64,000 nt of DNA from Hyaloraphidium curvatum SAG 235-1 (Eukaryota > Fungi > Monoblepharomycota). The translations under genes and the position numbers were made by a program. The stretch is taken from positions 558,001 through 622,000 of the forward strand of contig JAIVFI010000001.1 in NCBI GenBank assembly GCA_025558095.1, in the 5' to 3' direction. This document shows positions 24,001 through 35,046 of this stretch, in pieces; the stretch's first letter is position 1, and every line of letters starts with the position of its first letter. The notes under the pieces were generated by a model. That model was not told the DNA's origin and searched no databases. It worked only from the letters and a program-made list of their open reading frames with translations.

Positions 24001-24427
24001 GCTCGGCGGCGGCATGGCGTCGATCGGCGGGGCGCTGACGGGCCTGAAGTCCGTCGGCTACTCTCCGCCGGGCATCGTCTACTCCTCGCTCAAGTTCGGC
24101 ATCCAGGACGTCTACTCCCTGGACGAGACCATGATCAGCATCTACGCCGAGGGCGACGTCGTCCCCAAGGTTGACACCCACTACGTGAGGCCCGCCGTGC
24201 CCGGTCCTCCAACGGCCCGATCCTCACCCTCCTCTCTCCACCAGGGCATGCAGCAGTACATTCCCTGCGAGCCGGGCTCGACCCTCGCGTGCCACTACAT
24301 CACGCGGACCATCCTCTTCCTGCAGAAGAGCTGCGGCGACCCGTTCGGCCGGCAGATGATTCAGACCTACCTTACGCCCGCGCAGATCGACTTTATCAAC
24401 CAGCAGACCGGTCAGCCGAGCAGCTGA
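21003..24427 (+). CDS. multi-pass membrane protein with C-terminal class 3 lipase domain
   Basis: Many TM segments, then ISVRGT, VTGHSLGGG, GDVVPKVD, CHYITRT; multiple introns. Confidence 0.88.
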
Positions 24428-24986
24428 GTAGAGCATGGCATGGAGTGTATTTGGAAGGAGTGCATGGAACGATTTGTTTATATTGTTCGCGGTGTGGACG
24501 GTCAGGGGCAATGGAAGGTCCTTGACCCGTGAGCGACGGTTTCGGTGATGGAATCCGGCGCGAGGACAAGAAGGAAAGCATCCGTCTTTGTGCTTGGTTA
24601 TTGGTGGCACGGTGGCAAGGCGGGGTTAGAGGGCCCGTGGCCTGTGACCAGGGGAGGTGGATTGAGCGCACGGCTCAGTCCCCTCGATCCTCCTCTCGAC
24701 CCCAGCACCGCATCGCGCCCGCACCCGCGGCTGCGCGGTCCCGGACTTCCGCGGCGCGCGCTGTGCATCGCGCCGCCGCCCGCGTGGCCGCGTTTCTCCG
24801 CCCCGTGCGCGCCGCCGCGGAATTGGGCGTCCCCTTCGCGCCCGCAATTCGGGAGCTCCCCCCTGCCGGCACGGAACACGCCGCGGGACGCCGGCACGGC
24901 CATTTTCACGGCATTACCTGCGCGGAAAATCCCTGCGCCCGCCCTTTCGCCCCCGCGGACGGCTTCGGATCCCCACGTCACCGGCC

Positions 24987-26217
24987 ATGCACCTGCACGA
25001 GAAGGGCGTCCCCCGCGCCCGCGCCTCCGACAGCACCTCCGACGGCTCGGATCGCAGCTTTGAGGTGGCAAGGAGCGGCGGCGCGGTGCGGAAGAAGGCG
25101 AAGCGGCACCAGGTCAAGCAGGCGTGCAGTGCGTGGGACCGAGCACCGATGTGGGCGATGGATCTGACGCGATCGCCGCCAGTTGCCTGCAGGAAAGCAT
25201 GCAAGAAGTGCGCCGAGGTGCGGCCGTGCATGCGGTGCCTCAAGTTCGGCCTGGAATGGTGAGCGAGGCGGTGGTCCCGATGCGGGACAGGTGCCAAAAC
25301 CCGGACGCAGCGTGGACGTCGAGCGCAAGAGGAGGGAGAGGAGCGGTGTGAGGAAGCCCGTCGTCAAAGGGCGGAAGCGGAGGGCCAGGGATGAGAGTGG
25401 GTCAAGGCTTTGGACGTCAGCTCACGTACTGCGAGTTGACATCGTCCCACATTGTGAACCCACAGCCCCGCCGTCTTCGCCGTCTTCGTTCGAGCTCGAC
25501 GAAGACGACGAGGAGGAAGAAACCGACGAGCAGATGTCGGACGCCAAGAGCGCCGGAGCCGTCGGCGACGGGTCCCTCGCCGGCGAGATCGCTCCCGAGG
25601 GCACCAGCTTCTACGGCGAGCAGCAACCGCAGGTGCAGCTCCCCATCTTCGACGGCACTCATCTCTCCGACGAGGCCGCCGCCGCCCTCTCGGCCGCTCT
25701 CCCCGACCCCCTCATCCGGGAGCTCTACGGCGCCGCCTTCCCGAAGCCCGACCCCGCCGTTCTCGCCACCCTCCTGCAAGCGCAGTACGGCCTCCCCCCC
25801 AACCCCTTCCTGCACCCCCCCCTGCCCGTCCCCGCCGAGCCCGCCGAGGACGACGGCGGGGACTCGTACTGCGACTGCTCCGAGTGCATCGCCGAGGCCG
25901 GCGCCTACCCCTCGGCGTGCTCGGGCACCGAGTTCGGGTGCAGCTCCCCCGGCTGCCCCTGCGGCTCCGAGCCCGCCGACGACCCCACGCTGCCCTTCAT
26001 CCGGCTCGAGAGCGCGCCCGCGGCGCTGGACGCGCCGATCGGGACGGAGGGGGTGGTGTTTTCGCTGCTGGCCCCGCAGGTGCAGGAACAGGTGCACGTC
26101 TCGCCGGCGCTGCCGTCGCTGGGGTGCGAGTTTGACGACGCGGAGCTGTTTGCGGGGATCGAGTTCTCGCCGCCCCGGGGCAAGAAGGCCGCCGGAGGCA
26201 GGGTCGCGGCGCAGTGA
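24987..26217 (+). CDS. Zn(II)2Cys6 transcription factor
   Basis: Spliced KQAC|IACRKACKKCAEVRPCMRCLKFGLEC|VDVERKRR; basic NLS; acidic/Pro-rich tail with a Cys cluster. Confidence 0.88.
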
Positions 26218-26540
26218 GATCCGGGCAAGTGGACAGGGTGGCAGCGCAGTGAGCCCGGACTTTGGACATCGACGACGATTCAGTACCACCGGAATTGGAG
26301 AACGGATGGATACCTCATTTGTAGCGGCGGCAGGAAGCGGGCTTCGGCCCCATACCCATCGCTCACCACGTGTACTACAAGGCATTTCAAATCACACTTT
26401 GTCAACCATCACTACCTTGATCCGCTAGTCTGCAACTTTTGCTTGATCGGCGAGTTATCGTCCGTGCCGGCGGGCTGACTACCTGATCGGAGGTTGGTGG
26501 AAGCGGCGACGCGCGCGACGCGTCACATAAATACGGCACG

Positions 26541-27501
26541 ATGGACACGCTCCGCGCCCCTCTCCCGGCCGAAAAGGAGTTCAGCGCCCGCCTTTTGGCG
26601 CGGAGATTGCGCCGCCTCCTCCCCGGCGCCCTGGACGCGGCGCCGGCGCCGTCCCCGCCGCACCGCCCGGCCGTCTACTACTCGGCCGCCGAGCCCTCCC
26701 GGACATCCCCGAATCCCCCTCCCAGCGCGGCAGAGGCGTCGGCGGCGGAGATGGACATGGGCGTCGCCGCGGACGACCCCGATACTGCGGCGCAGAGGAA
26801 CAAGTGCCAGAAATGGGTCAACATCCTCAGCAACGACAGTGGGCTCCCTCCAGTCCACGCCCTACCGTTGCGGTCGCGGGCTAAAGCTGTTCGGCGTCGA
26901 CAGGCCCGCTGATAAACTTCATGACGACGTCGCTGAAGAAGGCCGGGTGCCCTTTGGACAAGACCCGGTTCGTCTGCGTGCCGTGCGACGGCAAGCGGAC
27001 GGGGGGCTACTCCCCCGACATGGGCGTGGGCATTCCTCCCTCTTTGCGGGGAATTTGAGCTCATTCGCGGTGTTCGCAGATCGTGGTGGTCTGCCAGAAC
27101 GCGCTCCTATCCAAATCCGACCTGGAATCCACCATCGCACACGAGCTCATCCACGCCTACGACGCCTGCACGACGGTGATCAGTCCCAACAATTGCCTGC
27201 ACGCCGCATGCACCGAGATCCGGGCGTCCAGCCTGTCGGGGGAGTGCGGGATGCTGCGCGAGTTTGGGCGGGGCAACTACACCTTCACAAAGGGGCACCA
27301 GAAGTGCGTGAGGAGGAGGGCGGTGCTGAGCCTGAGGATGAAAGAGGGGTGCGCGGTCGAGGCGGACAGGTGGGTTGACGAGGCGTGGGAGGCGTGCTTT
27401 GCGGATACCGCGCCGGTGGGTCCCGGATTCGTGGCTCGGCTCGGAGACGGGACTTTGATCGCGTTTGCCTCGTTCAGTTCCAGGAGATTTATCCGCCCTG
27501 A
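26541..27501 (+). CDS. ATP23: mitochondrial inner membrane metalloprotease Atp23 (M76)
   Basis: GGYSPD, HELIHAYD, ACTEIRASSLSGEC, HQKCVRRRAVLS, CFADTAP|FQEIY. Confidence 0.94.
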
Positions 27502-27571
27502 CGGAGATCATAGACAGAATAGAAGCATCGACCGAGTTCTAGCTTGCTGCCGAGACTGCGCACCGGTCCGT

Positions 27572-28661
27572 TCACCACGCCGAAAGCCCCGTCATCCCCT
27601 TCCCAATCTCGTACCAGATGCTGTCCTCCCCGTCCTCGGTGGGGTCCGAGATCGAGCACTGCTTCCCGAAAGCGTTAAACGGGTTGTCTTCCTCCTCCTC
27701 CTCCTCCCCGGACGGCGAGCGCGCCGCGGTTCGGCGTTCGCCGCCGCAGCGCACGACGATCCGGAAGGTCCGGTACTTGGGATTCGCCTTCAGCCGGAAG
27801 GTCTGCCTGGGCGTGAGGAAGGGGAGCAGGGGGGAGTTGGTGGAGGAGAGGCGGGGGGCGAGGGAGCGGGGGGCGTGGCAGAGGGCATGAATGGCCGTGG
27901 GGCCTGGCGGACCGGGGGCCGGTCAGCTCCGACGAGCCGGAGAGCAGCTGCAGATCCCACCGAGGAGGTTCTTGTCGATGGTCTTGGAGAACCCCACGAC
28001 GAGCTGCCTCATGGCCGAGCGGACCAGCGCCCGCCTCCGCTCCGGCGAGCCGTCCGGGGTCAGCTCCCCGTCCTCCCTCTGCGCCGGCGCCTCGTTCTCC
28101 TTCTCCCCGCTGACGTCCCCGTCCCCGGCACCGCGCACAATGTCCCGGAAGTCGAGCACCCACACCTCCTTGGGCGACGCGATGCTGGCGCCCAGGACGA
28201 GGGCGCACGTGAGCCGGCCCGCATCCGACCCGGGGAGCTCCAGTTCCAGCAGCTGCGGCAGCAGCTGCGACGTCAGGGCCGACGAAGCATGGAGGAACTG
28301 AACACCACATAAACCCAAATAGGAATATAAATGGGCATTTAAGTGGGAGAGTGAGAAAGGGGGCAGGTGTAGCGGGGTGCCAGCGACCCACATCCGCGGC
28401 GCGCTTCTCCCCCTTTTCGCCGGCCAGCCGCCGCTCCAGCTGCGCGAGCGGCATCGGCGTCTGCCCGCGCGCGAACAGTAGGTACCGCACGGCCTCCTCG
28501 GCGAGCAAAGCGCACACCGCGGGGGACGCGGAGTCTGCCGGCAGCGTCACCGCGCACACGGAATCGCGCGCCGCAGATGGCTGGAAGAGCCGCCGCGCGG
28601 GGCCCGCGGGCGACGGCGGCGAGGCCGCGTCGCTGCCGAGGTCGGGCGGCGTGAGCGACAT
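27572..28661 (-). CDS. MAD2L1BP: p31comet (MAD2L1-binding, HORMA-like) homolog
   Basis: EAVRYLLFARGQTPMPLAQL, LVLGASIASPKEVWVLD, FLTPRQTFRL and EDSIWYE..GMTGL match p31comet blocks in order. Confidence 0.75.
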
Positions 28662-28824
28662 CCCACTGCGTTGCGGGAATTCGAGACGGCAAAGGGGATT
28701 CGGGATCGTGTCAGCTTCAACACTTCGCACCCCTTGGATGATGACGATCAAGCAGACCTCCCAAGTATATGGTTGACAAAGTGTCATTTGAAATACCGTG
28801 CAGCACACGTGGTTGATCGACACG

Positions 28825-30866
28825 CTAAGATACCTGGGACCATCCGCTCCCCTGCACGCGGCCGACCCCGTTGCTCCTGCGCTGCCGCTGATCGGCAGCG
28901 CCGTTTGCGTTCACCGCGGCGCCGTTCGCGCCCACCACGCCGCCGACCGAGTCGAACCGTTTGACCTTCCAGTCGCTGGTCCTGGGCGCCCTGCCCTCGA
29001 TCCCGTCCCCGTTCGCCTCCTCCCGCCCCTTCCCGCCCTTGCCCCCGCCCCGCGGTCCGCGCGCCCAGCTCCTCCACTCGTCCTCAATGATCACCGGCTT
29101 CGGGTACCCCTTTGCCCCGCCGACGGCCCACGGCGCGATCCTCCCCGGCCCGTCGAGCCCCTTGAGCTCCGGGATCCAGCCAGCGATGTAGTCCCCCCGC
29201 GGATCGTAATCGTGCGCCTGCTTCACCACGTTGAACTTGCGCCCCTGCCTCGGGTCCGAGCCCACCCCGGAGACGTACTGCCAGTTGCCGTAGTTGGACT
29301 CGGGGTCGTGGTCCAGGAGGAGGCTCTCGTACCACTCCGCGCCCGCGCGCCAGTCCTGCTTCAGCGAGTGGGCCAGGAACGAGGCGACGTTCTGCCGGGA
29401 GCGGTTCCCGGTGAAGCCGGTGGCCAGCAGCTCGCGGGCCGAGGCGTCGACGAAGGGGACGCCGGTGCGGCCTTCGCGCCAGGCTTCGAGGAGGGAAGAG
29501 TCCTGCGCCCAGCGCTGGGTGGGGAAGTGGGTCTGCTTCCCGAGGGCCTCGTTGGGGCCCTGCAGTCGGAACACCCCCGTGCCTATCCGGAGGCACAGGA
29601 ACTTGAAGAAGTCCCGCCATAGAAGTTCGAAGATGGCCCCTGTCGAACAGGAATGAGCACGACTTCCAAGGCGGTCCGCAAGCGCACTCACAATAGGAGT
29701 TGTCCAGCTGCTCCTTGCTCCTATTCCCCGCCACCTCCCAATCCCGGATCGCCCAGAACACCGTCCGCGGTGACAGGCACCCGTTGGCCAGGAACGGCGA
29801 GAACTTGGTGGAGTAGTCCGCGCCCAGCAAGCCGTTCCGCGTGTCCTTGTACGTCCCGATGAGGCCGCGCGCGAGGTAGTCCTCCAGGTGCGCGAGGGCG
29901 GAGGACTCGCCGCCGGCAAATGGGAAGGGAGACAGGGGGTGGAAGGCCGGCTTTGCGGGGGTGGGGGCGAGGTACGAGTGCGGGGCAGGCTCGGTGCCGG
30001 CCGGCAGCATCGCCCGCGGATCCGGCAGCAGATCCCGCGGAGGAAACGGCTTGGCGAACTTCCCCGGGATCTGCAGCGGCCTGCGGGGCTCGGTGCCCCT
30101 GCCTTCGACGAGCTTGCGGAACTGAGTGAAGACCTCGGGGCAGCCCCGCTGGCCAAAGGGCACGTCCGAGACGTGGTGGAGCGTCAGGCCCCACGGCTGC
30201 TCGAAGCGGATGTTGCGCTTTTTCAGCACGCGGGCGAGGTTCTTTTCCACCGCGAGCTCCTCTGACGAGACCTGGCGGGACGCGGTACTGTCAACATTGA
30301 TCCCGGACGCTCAGAGGCTCAAGACCACGAACCTCCTTTTGAAAGTAGAGTCCCTCCACCGTCGCTTTCCCGTCCAGCCCGCGGAGCACCTCCTCGACCA
30401 CCTTTTCCGTCTTGCCCGCGAGCACGAGCAGGTCCGATCCGCGGGCGACCAGCGTCGACCTCAGGTCCCGCAGCGACTCCACCAGGAACCTGGCGCGGTG
30501 CTCGCCGCACTTCGGAAACCCGAACCAGCGCGTGCGCGGCCCGCCGTCGTCGAGCTCCTTCTTGGTGCCCCAGAACGCGTAGTCCGCGTCGACCTGCCGC
30601 GGGTCGACGACGTGCATCGGCAGCAGGTGCGTGGCGGCGGGGTGCTTGGCCAGCGCCGAGTGCAGGGATTCGTTGTCGTGCACGCGGAGGTCGCGACCGA
30701 AGAGGCAGATGACGATGCGCGGCTGCGCGGGGGCGGGGCCGGCGGGGGAGGAGGCGGATGCCGACATGGCGCGTGCCGCAGTCCGGGAGGGCGGGGAGGG
30801 CCGGAACGCGGCGGCAAAGAGGACGCCTTTAAGTCTCGGTGCCCAAGGATGGGCTCCGAGAGGCAT
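28825..30866 (-). CDS. CRY-DASH: cryptochrome DASH
   Basis: RDLRVHDN, RARFLVESL, YKDTRNGLLGADYSTKFSPFLANGCLS, FELLWRDFF, NRSRQNVASFL, NYGNWQYVSGVGSDPR; alternative ATG at 30767. Confidence 0.95.
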
Positions 30867-31017
30867 GAAAGGCGCAACGGCTGCGCGGGATCAAGGATCG
30901 CCGGCGATGTTTGGACGGGCGTCCCATTCTCCCCTTTCGGATGGACTTTACCCGACAGAAGAGCGACTAACGAAGTGCAAAAGAATCATCATATGGCCAC
31001 GATTCACGATGATAGAG

Positions 31018-32109
31018 CTAAGACATGCCCCTGAATCCGTCGACCAACGTCACCCTGACCTTCCCGCGGAGCGATCTCCAGAAGTCCCTCTCCGGCCCGG
31101 CCGCCTCCGCATCCCAGTCCGCGGTCCTCATCCGCAGCTCCAGCCCATGGGACCCCCAGTCTTTCTTGATCCTCGAAAAATCGGCCGGCGGGAGGTCCTG
31201 CCTGGGGGTTTCGAGCACGATCGCGCGGATCCAATCGGGGGGTGAAAACGAAAGCAACATCGACGTGCGCATGTCCACGCCGTTCATGACGAGCACTCGG
31301 ACAGAGGGGAAGTGTACGAGACGCTCTCCGAAACTGAGCATAGTGCCTTTCGAAGTGTTGTTCCTGAAAGAGACGTGCAGGACATATGGCGAGAAGAAGA
31401 GGACGCGGGCGACGAAGGCCCCGAGCCAGGCATTGCTGACGCGGCACACCTTGATGCGACGCAAGAGGTCGGGCGTAGTCGGAGAGAGATCATGCGCGCC
31501 AAGGTCGAGGTCCAAATCGAGCTCGCGCTGGGGCCGAAGCCTTGCTAGAACTTCGCGGAGCGGCGTGCCGTAGAAAGGGCTGTTATAGCCGAGCTGATCC
31601 CCCGTCAGGGCAATCTTCGTTAACGACGGCGGTATCTGGAACGCAACGTGGCCAGTCGACTTTGCAATCGAAAGCTCCCTCAGCTTGTAGTGAACGCTCC
31701 CCGCGGACTGATTCATCGCCACGTCAGTCAACGCCCCCGCGAGGTCGCGTCCAACGAGATCGCAATCCAATGACTCGCAGGTCCGTATGCAGGAGACCAG
31801 GAACTTCCGGAGCCCCACGACCGGCCCGTACCTCCCCCGCACGAAGATCCTCCTCACCAACCCGAGCTTGTCCGAGTCCAGCGGGAGCCCGCCCGAGAGG
31901 CTCTTGGGACCGATGCTGTCGCGACCGCTTCCGACGACGACGTCCGACATGAGCGCCGGCAGGCCGACGGCGTAGCAGCCGCGGCAGGCCAGCATGAGGT
32001 GCAGGAGTGTCCGCCGCAGTCCGAGCGAGGCGAGCGCCTCGGCGATGCCGAAAAAGAGTTCGGGAGGAAGCTCCGAAAGCTCATCTTTGTCGTGCCGCTC
32101 GTGGGCCAT
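31018..32109 (-). CDS. F-box-like protein with degenerate LRR-like C-terminus, intronless
   Basis: LSELPPELFFGIAEAL...TLLHLMLACRGCY..GLPALM. Confidence 0.7.
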   Translation of the reverse strand: MAHERHDKDELSELPPELFFGIAEALASLGLRRTLLHLMLACRGCYAVGLPALMSDVVVGSGRDSIGPKSLSGGLPLDSDKLGLVRRIFVRGRYGPVVGLRKFLVSCIRTCESLDCDLVGRDLAGALTDVAMNQSAGSVHYKLRELSIAKSTGHVAFQIPPSLTKIALTGDQLGYNSPFYGTPLREVLARLRPQRELDLDLDLGAHDLSPTTPDLLRRIKVCRVSNAWLGAFVARVLFFSPYVLHVSFRNNTSKGTMLSFGERLVHFPSVRVLVMNGVDMRTSMLLSFSPPDWIRAIVLETPRQDLPPADFSRIKKDWGSHGLELRMRTADWDAEAAGPERDFWRSLRGKVRVTLVDGFRGMS

Positions 32110-32446
32110 AGAAGTGGCAGGGGCGGCGGACACGTGAGCGGTGTTGTTGACCAGTCATTCGCACGGGCGTTGGCAAAGACATATCCTCCTTCATGCGCCA
32201 AAAGCGAATTGTTTTGACGAGCAAGAAAGTTCCGCTAGCCAGAGCTCGCCATGATGCAAGCAATGGACGGGCCGTGTAGAAGTGACGGATGGATGTTCAA
32301 ATGGGATTCGGGCGATTGGATAGCCGGCCGTGCCAGTTGCATTCAATACACGCTTCAACCTCTGCACGATCTACATATATCTTCCTGGATAAATCTCAGT
32401 CCTGCTTCTGTACCCTTCCAGCTCCGAAACTACCTCGCAGGGGTCC

Positions 32447-33016
32447 TCACAGGCCTGACCCGGCCTGCAGTGAGCCCAGCGCTTCTTCCAGCTCGGAGTT
32501 CCTGGCCCTGATTTCGCTGCCGACCCTGCGCTGCTGCCACCACACGGCGAGTGCATGTCCGGCCATGAGGGAGCCCAGCAGCACGGCACCGGTGCCGAGC
32601 CCGTACAGAAGCGGCACGTCCGCGCCCAAGTGCCCCGCGAGGGCAGTCACCGCACACAGCGCGGCCACGAGGGCGCTGGGCGGGACCACGGTCAGGTGCG
32701 GGTGTGCGAGGGCCACGCGGCCGTCGGCCAGAGCGCGGCTGATGTCCCATCGCAGCGCAGCACGTGCGTCGGCCGCGGGGAGGGCGCCGGTGGTGCCGAC
32801 GGCGGCGAGCAGCTCCTTCGCACCGTGCAGGAGGTGATCGGCGTTCGTCGAGAGCGCCTCGGCGGGGCGGCGGAGCGGGGCCGACTTGAGCCAGCCGCGG
32901 GCGGCGCCGGCGGCGGAGAGGACGCCGGCGGCGGCGAGGAGCGGCGGCGGCGCCGCGCGGAGCTCCGCAGCCGACAGGGCGCGGTCGAGGAGGATGCCGA
33001 GCACGAGGACGCTCAT
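32447..33016 (-). CDS. hypothetical helical membrane protein A (hydrophobic hairpin plus coiled coil)
   Basis: Intronless ORF with GC3-rich codons; two hydrophobic segments, then SEIRARNSELEEALGSL. Confidence 0.65.
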   Translation of the reverse strand: MSVLVLGILLDRALSAAELRAAPPPLLAAAGVLSAAGAARGWLKSAPLRRPAEALSTNADHLLHGAKELLAAVGTTGALPAADARAALRWDISRALADGRVALAHPHLTVVPPSALVAALCAVTALAGHLGADVPLLYGLGTGAVLLGSLMAGHALAVWWQQRRVGSEIRARNSELEEALGSLQAGSGL

Positions 33017-33372
33017 CGTGATAATGCGCTCGGAGGAAGCGGTCGCCGGTCGCCGGCGGATATGGGCGAGTTGAGAGCGGCGTCTCAACCTGGCTGTTGG
33101 GCGGCCGGTTGACTTGTCAGCCATTGGTTGAGAGCCCATGGCGAGAGGCCCACTGGGGTCCTTTCAACCCGGCCCCCATCCATCTGACAACCTCGGAAGT
33201 GAGTTCTTGATCCCGTGCTCGGTGCCCGAGGGTCGGCGGCGCCCTGCCGTGCACGCGGACGCCGAGAGCGCGCTCGGAAATCGAGCACTCGTCGCTCACT
33301 CTCGGATCCCGCCGCCGTTTCCGCAGCGCGTTCGCTGCATCAGACCGTCCAGTTCGCTTCTCAGCCTAAGCC

Positions 33373-34188
33373 ATGGCTTCAGAATCATCCAGTAGCGCCG
33401 GGGACGGCGGCGGTTCCGCGGCCGGGGGCTCCGGCAAGAAGTCGGCGTTCGGGGCCGCCTTCGAGAAGTACGCCCCCGAGGTCCTGCAGCACCTCGTCGA
33501 ATGGCTCAAGACCAAGATCGTGGACGGCGCGCTGCTCAGTCTCCTGAACGCTCTCTGCGGGTTCTTCGACGAGGTCTTCTCTGGCGCCGACGCACGGCGG
33601 CTCGACGGCATCTCGGCCACGTTCAGGCTCAGGTACCAAGGCGTCAGCGACGAGCTCGGGCGCTTCTGCAGCACCCTCGGTGGACGCCTCGCCTCTGCGG
33701 CGGCCGACGGCAACGATCGGCTGCAGGCGACGGTGTGGGAAATTTCCAACGAAGCCAAGGCGCTCATGTTCTCCATCGAGCGGTTCGTCTCTGACAAGGA
33801 CGTGGCCCTCGGGGCCCGGCCCTCCTGGCGAGTGCCCCGGATCTTCAAGGGCATCCTCGTGGGCGCCGGCGCCGTCGTGCTGGCCGGCAGCATCGCACTG
33901 GGCGCCGGGGGGGTCACGGTGCCCGCTGCGTGGGCGGCGATCACGTCGGGCGCCGCGGCGGCGGAGGTCGCGGGAGGCGCTGCGGTCGCGGGGACCGGGG
34001 GAGCCTTCGGCGGGCTCTGGGTCGGAGTAAACAGCTGGGACGCACGGCAGCGCTGGGATGCGGCTGCGGCCGAGCTGCATGAGATGGAGCGGCAGCTCCG
34101 GCGGTTGGCGGCGGAGGCGGGCGTCGACATAATCTTCCACGATAAGGCCGGGTTCCGGCGCGCGGACGAGCCCCGGCGCGGATCATAG
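33373..34188 (+). CDS. hypothetical helical membrane protein B (Gly/Ala hairpin plus coiled coil)
   Basis: Intronless 271-aa ORF, good start context (gccATGG); long Gly/Ala hydrophobic stretch, then ELHEMERQLRRL. Confidence 0.75.
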   Translation: MASESSSSAGDGGGSAAGGSGKKSAFGAAFEKYAPEVLQHLVEWLKTKIVDGALLSLLNALCGFFDEVFSGADARRLDGISATFRLRYQGVSDELGRFCSTLGGRLASAAADGNDRLQATVWEISNEAKALMFSIERFVSDKDVALGARPSWRVPRIFKGILVGAGAVVLAGSIALGAGGVTVPAAWAAITSGAAAAEVAGGAAVAGTGGAFGGLWVGVNSWDARQRWDAAAAELHEMERQLRRLAAEAGVDIIFHDKAGFRRADEPRRGS

Positions 34189-34403
34189 AGCTATGGTGGG
34201 TTTCCGTTGCTTGGTAGACTCATGGAACCGAACGCTCAACGTGTTCACGCGACAGGAGACGAACCATCATGTGGTTCACTCGGACTTTACCATCAGCTTG
34301 CTCGAAAGAGCAGGGACGTGCGACGAGAATCGAGATTCGACGTGTGATAGGAATGAATAGCATGCGCCGTTTGGAAGTCCCTGCATTCGAATCTCACGCC
34401 AAT

Positions 34404-34959
34404 CTACAGATCCGCCCTGCTCTCCCCGAAAGGCGTGCTGAACTTCATCGACCTCTTGACGTTGCGTATCCATTCGGTCCGTCTGCGCAGCCTGTTGACC
34501 ACCGGCACCGGGAACGGCGACATATCGATCGACAGCTCATGCGAGGCGTCCAGCTGGCAGATCACCCGGCCGTCGACCGAGATCTCGGGCTGCACCTGCA
34601 CGTCCGGTTCCCCTGTGAGCGCAGGCTTGGCGATCGCAGGAGAATATACGTACCCGGGATTGCGGGTTGGCTTTGAGCGTGATGCCGAAGTTCTGGGGGA
34701 GGACAATGCTGCGGAAGGCGAGGGACTGCGGGCAGATTGCGCAGATCTCGACAGTCTCGACCGAGGGGTGGACCAGGGGTAGAAGCTGGACGAGATTGGA
34801 CGCCGTGAGGTCTGGCCGGAGTGAGGGACGATCGGAAGTCGACCTGCCGACCCGCGTGCGGATGTCGGTGCCGTCGCCGCCGTCCTCGGTCCCGCCGCTC
34901 TCTTCGGGCGCTTCGAGTTTGAGGCGGAGGTGGTCCGGAAGCGCGCGCGTGTCACGCAT
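34404..34959 (-). CDS. truncated NAD(H) kinase (POS5-like) C-terminal domain protein, possibly a pseudogene
   Basis: PLVHPSV..ICAICPQSLAFRSIVLP..ISVDGR..SPFPVPVV..W...MKFSTPFG; one intron; N-terminal catalytic domain absent. Confidence 0.65.
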
Positions 34960-35046
34960 CTCCGTCAAACGGGACCGTGGTGCTTGTCGTTGTCGCTACA
35001 GTCAGCTTTGTGATGACTGCGCTGGTCGACTCTAGTTCCAGCACGA

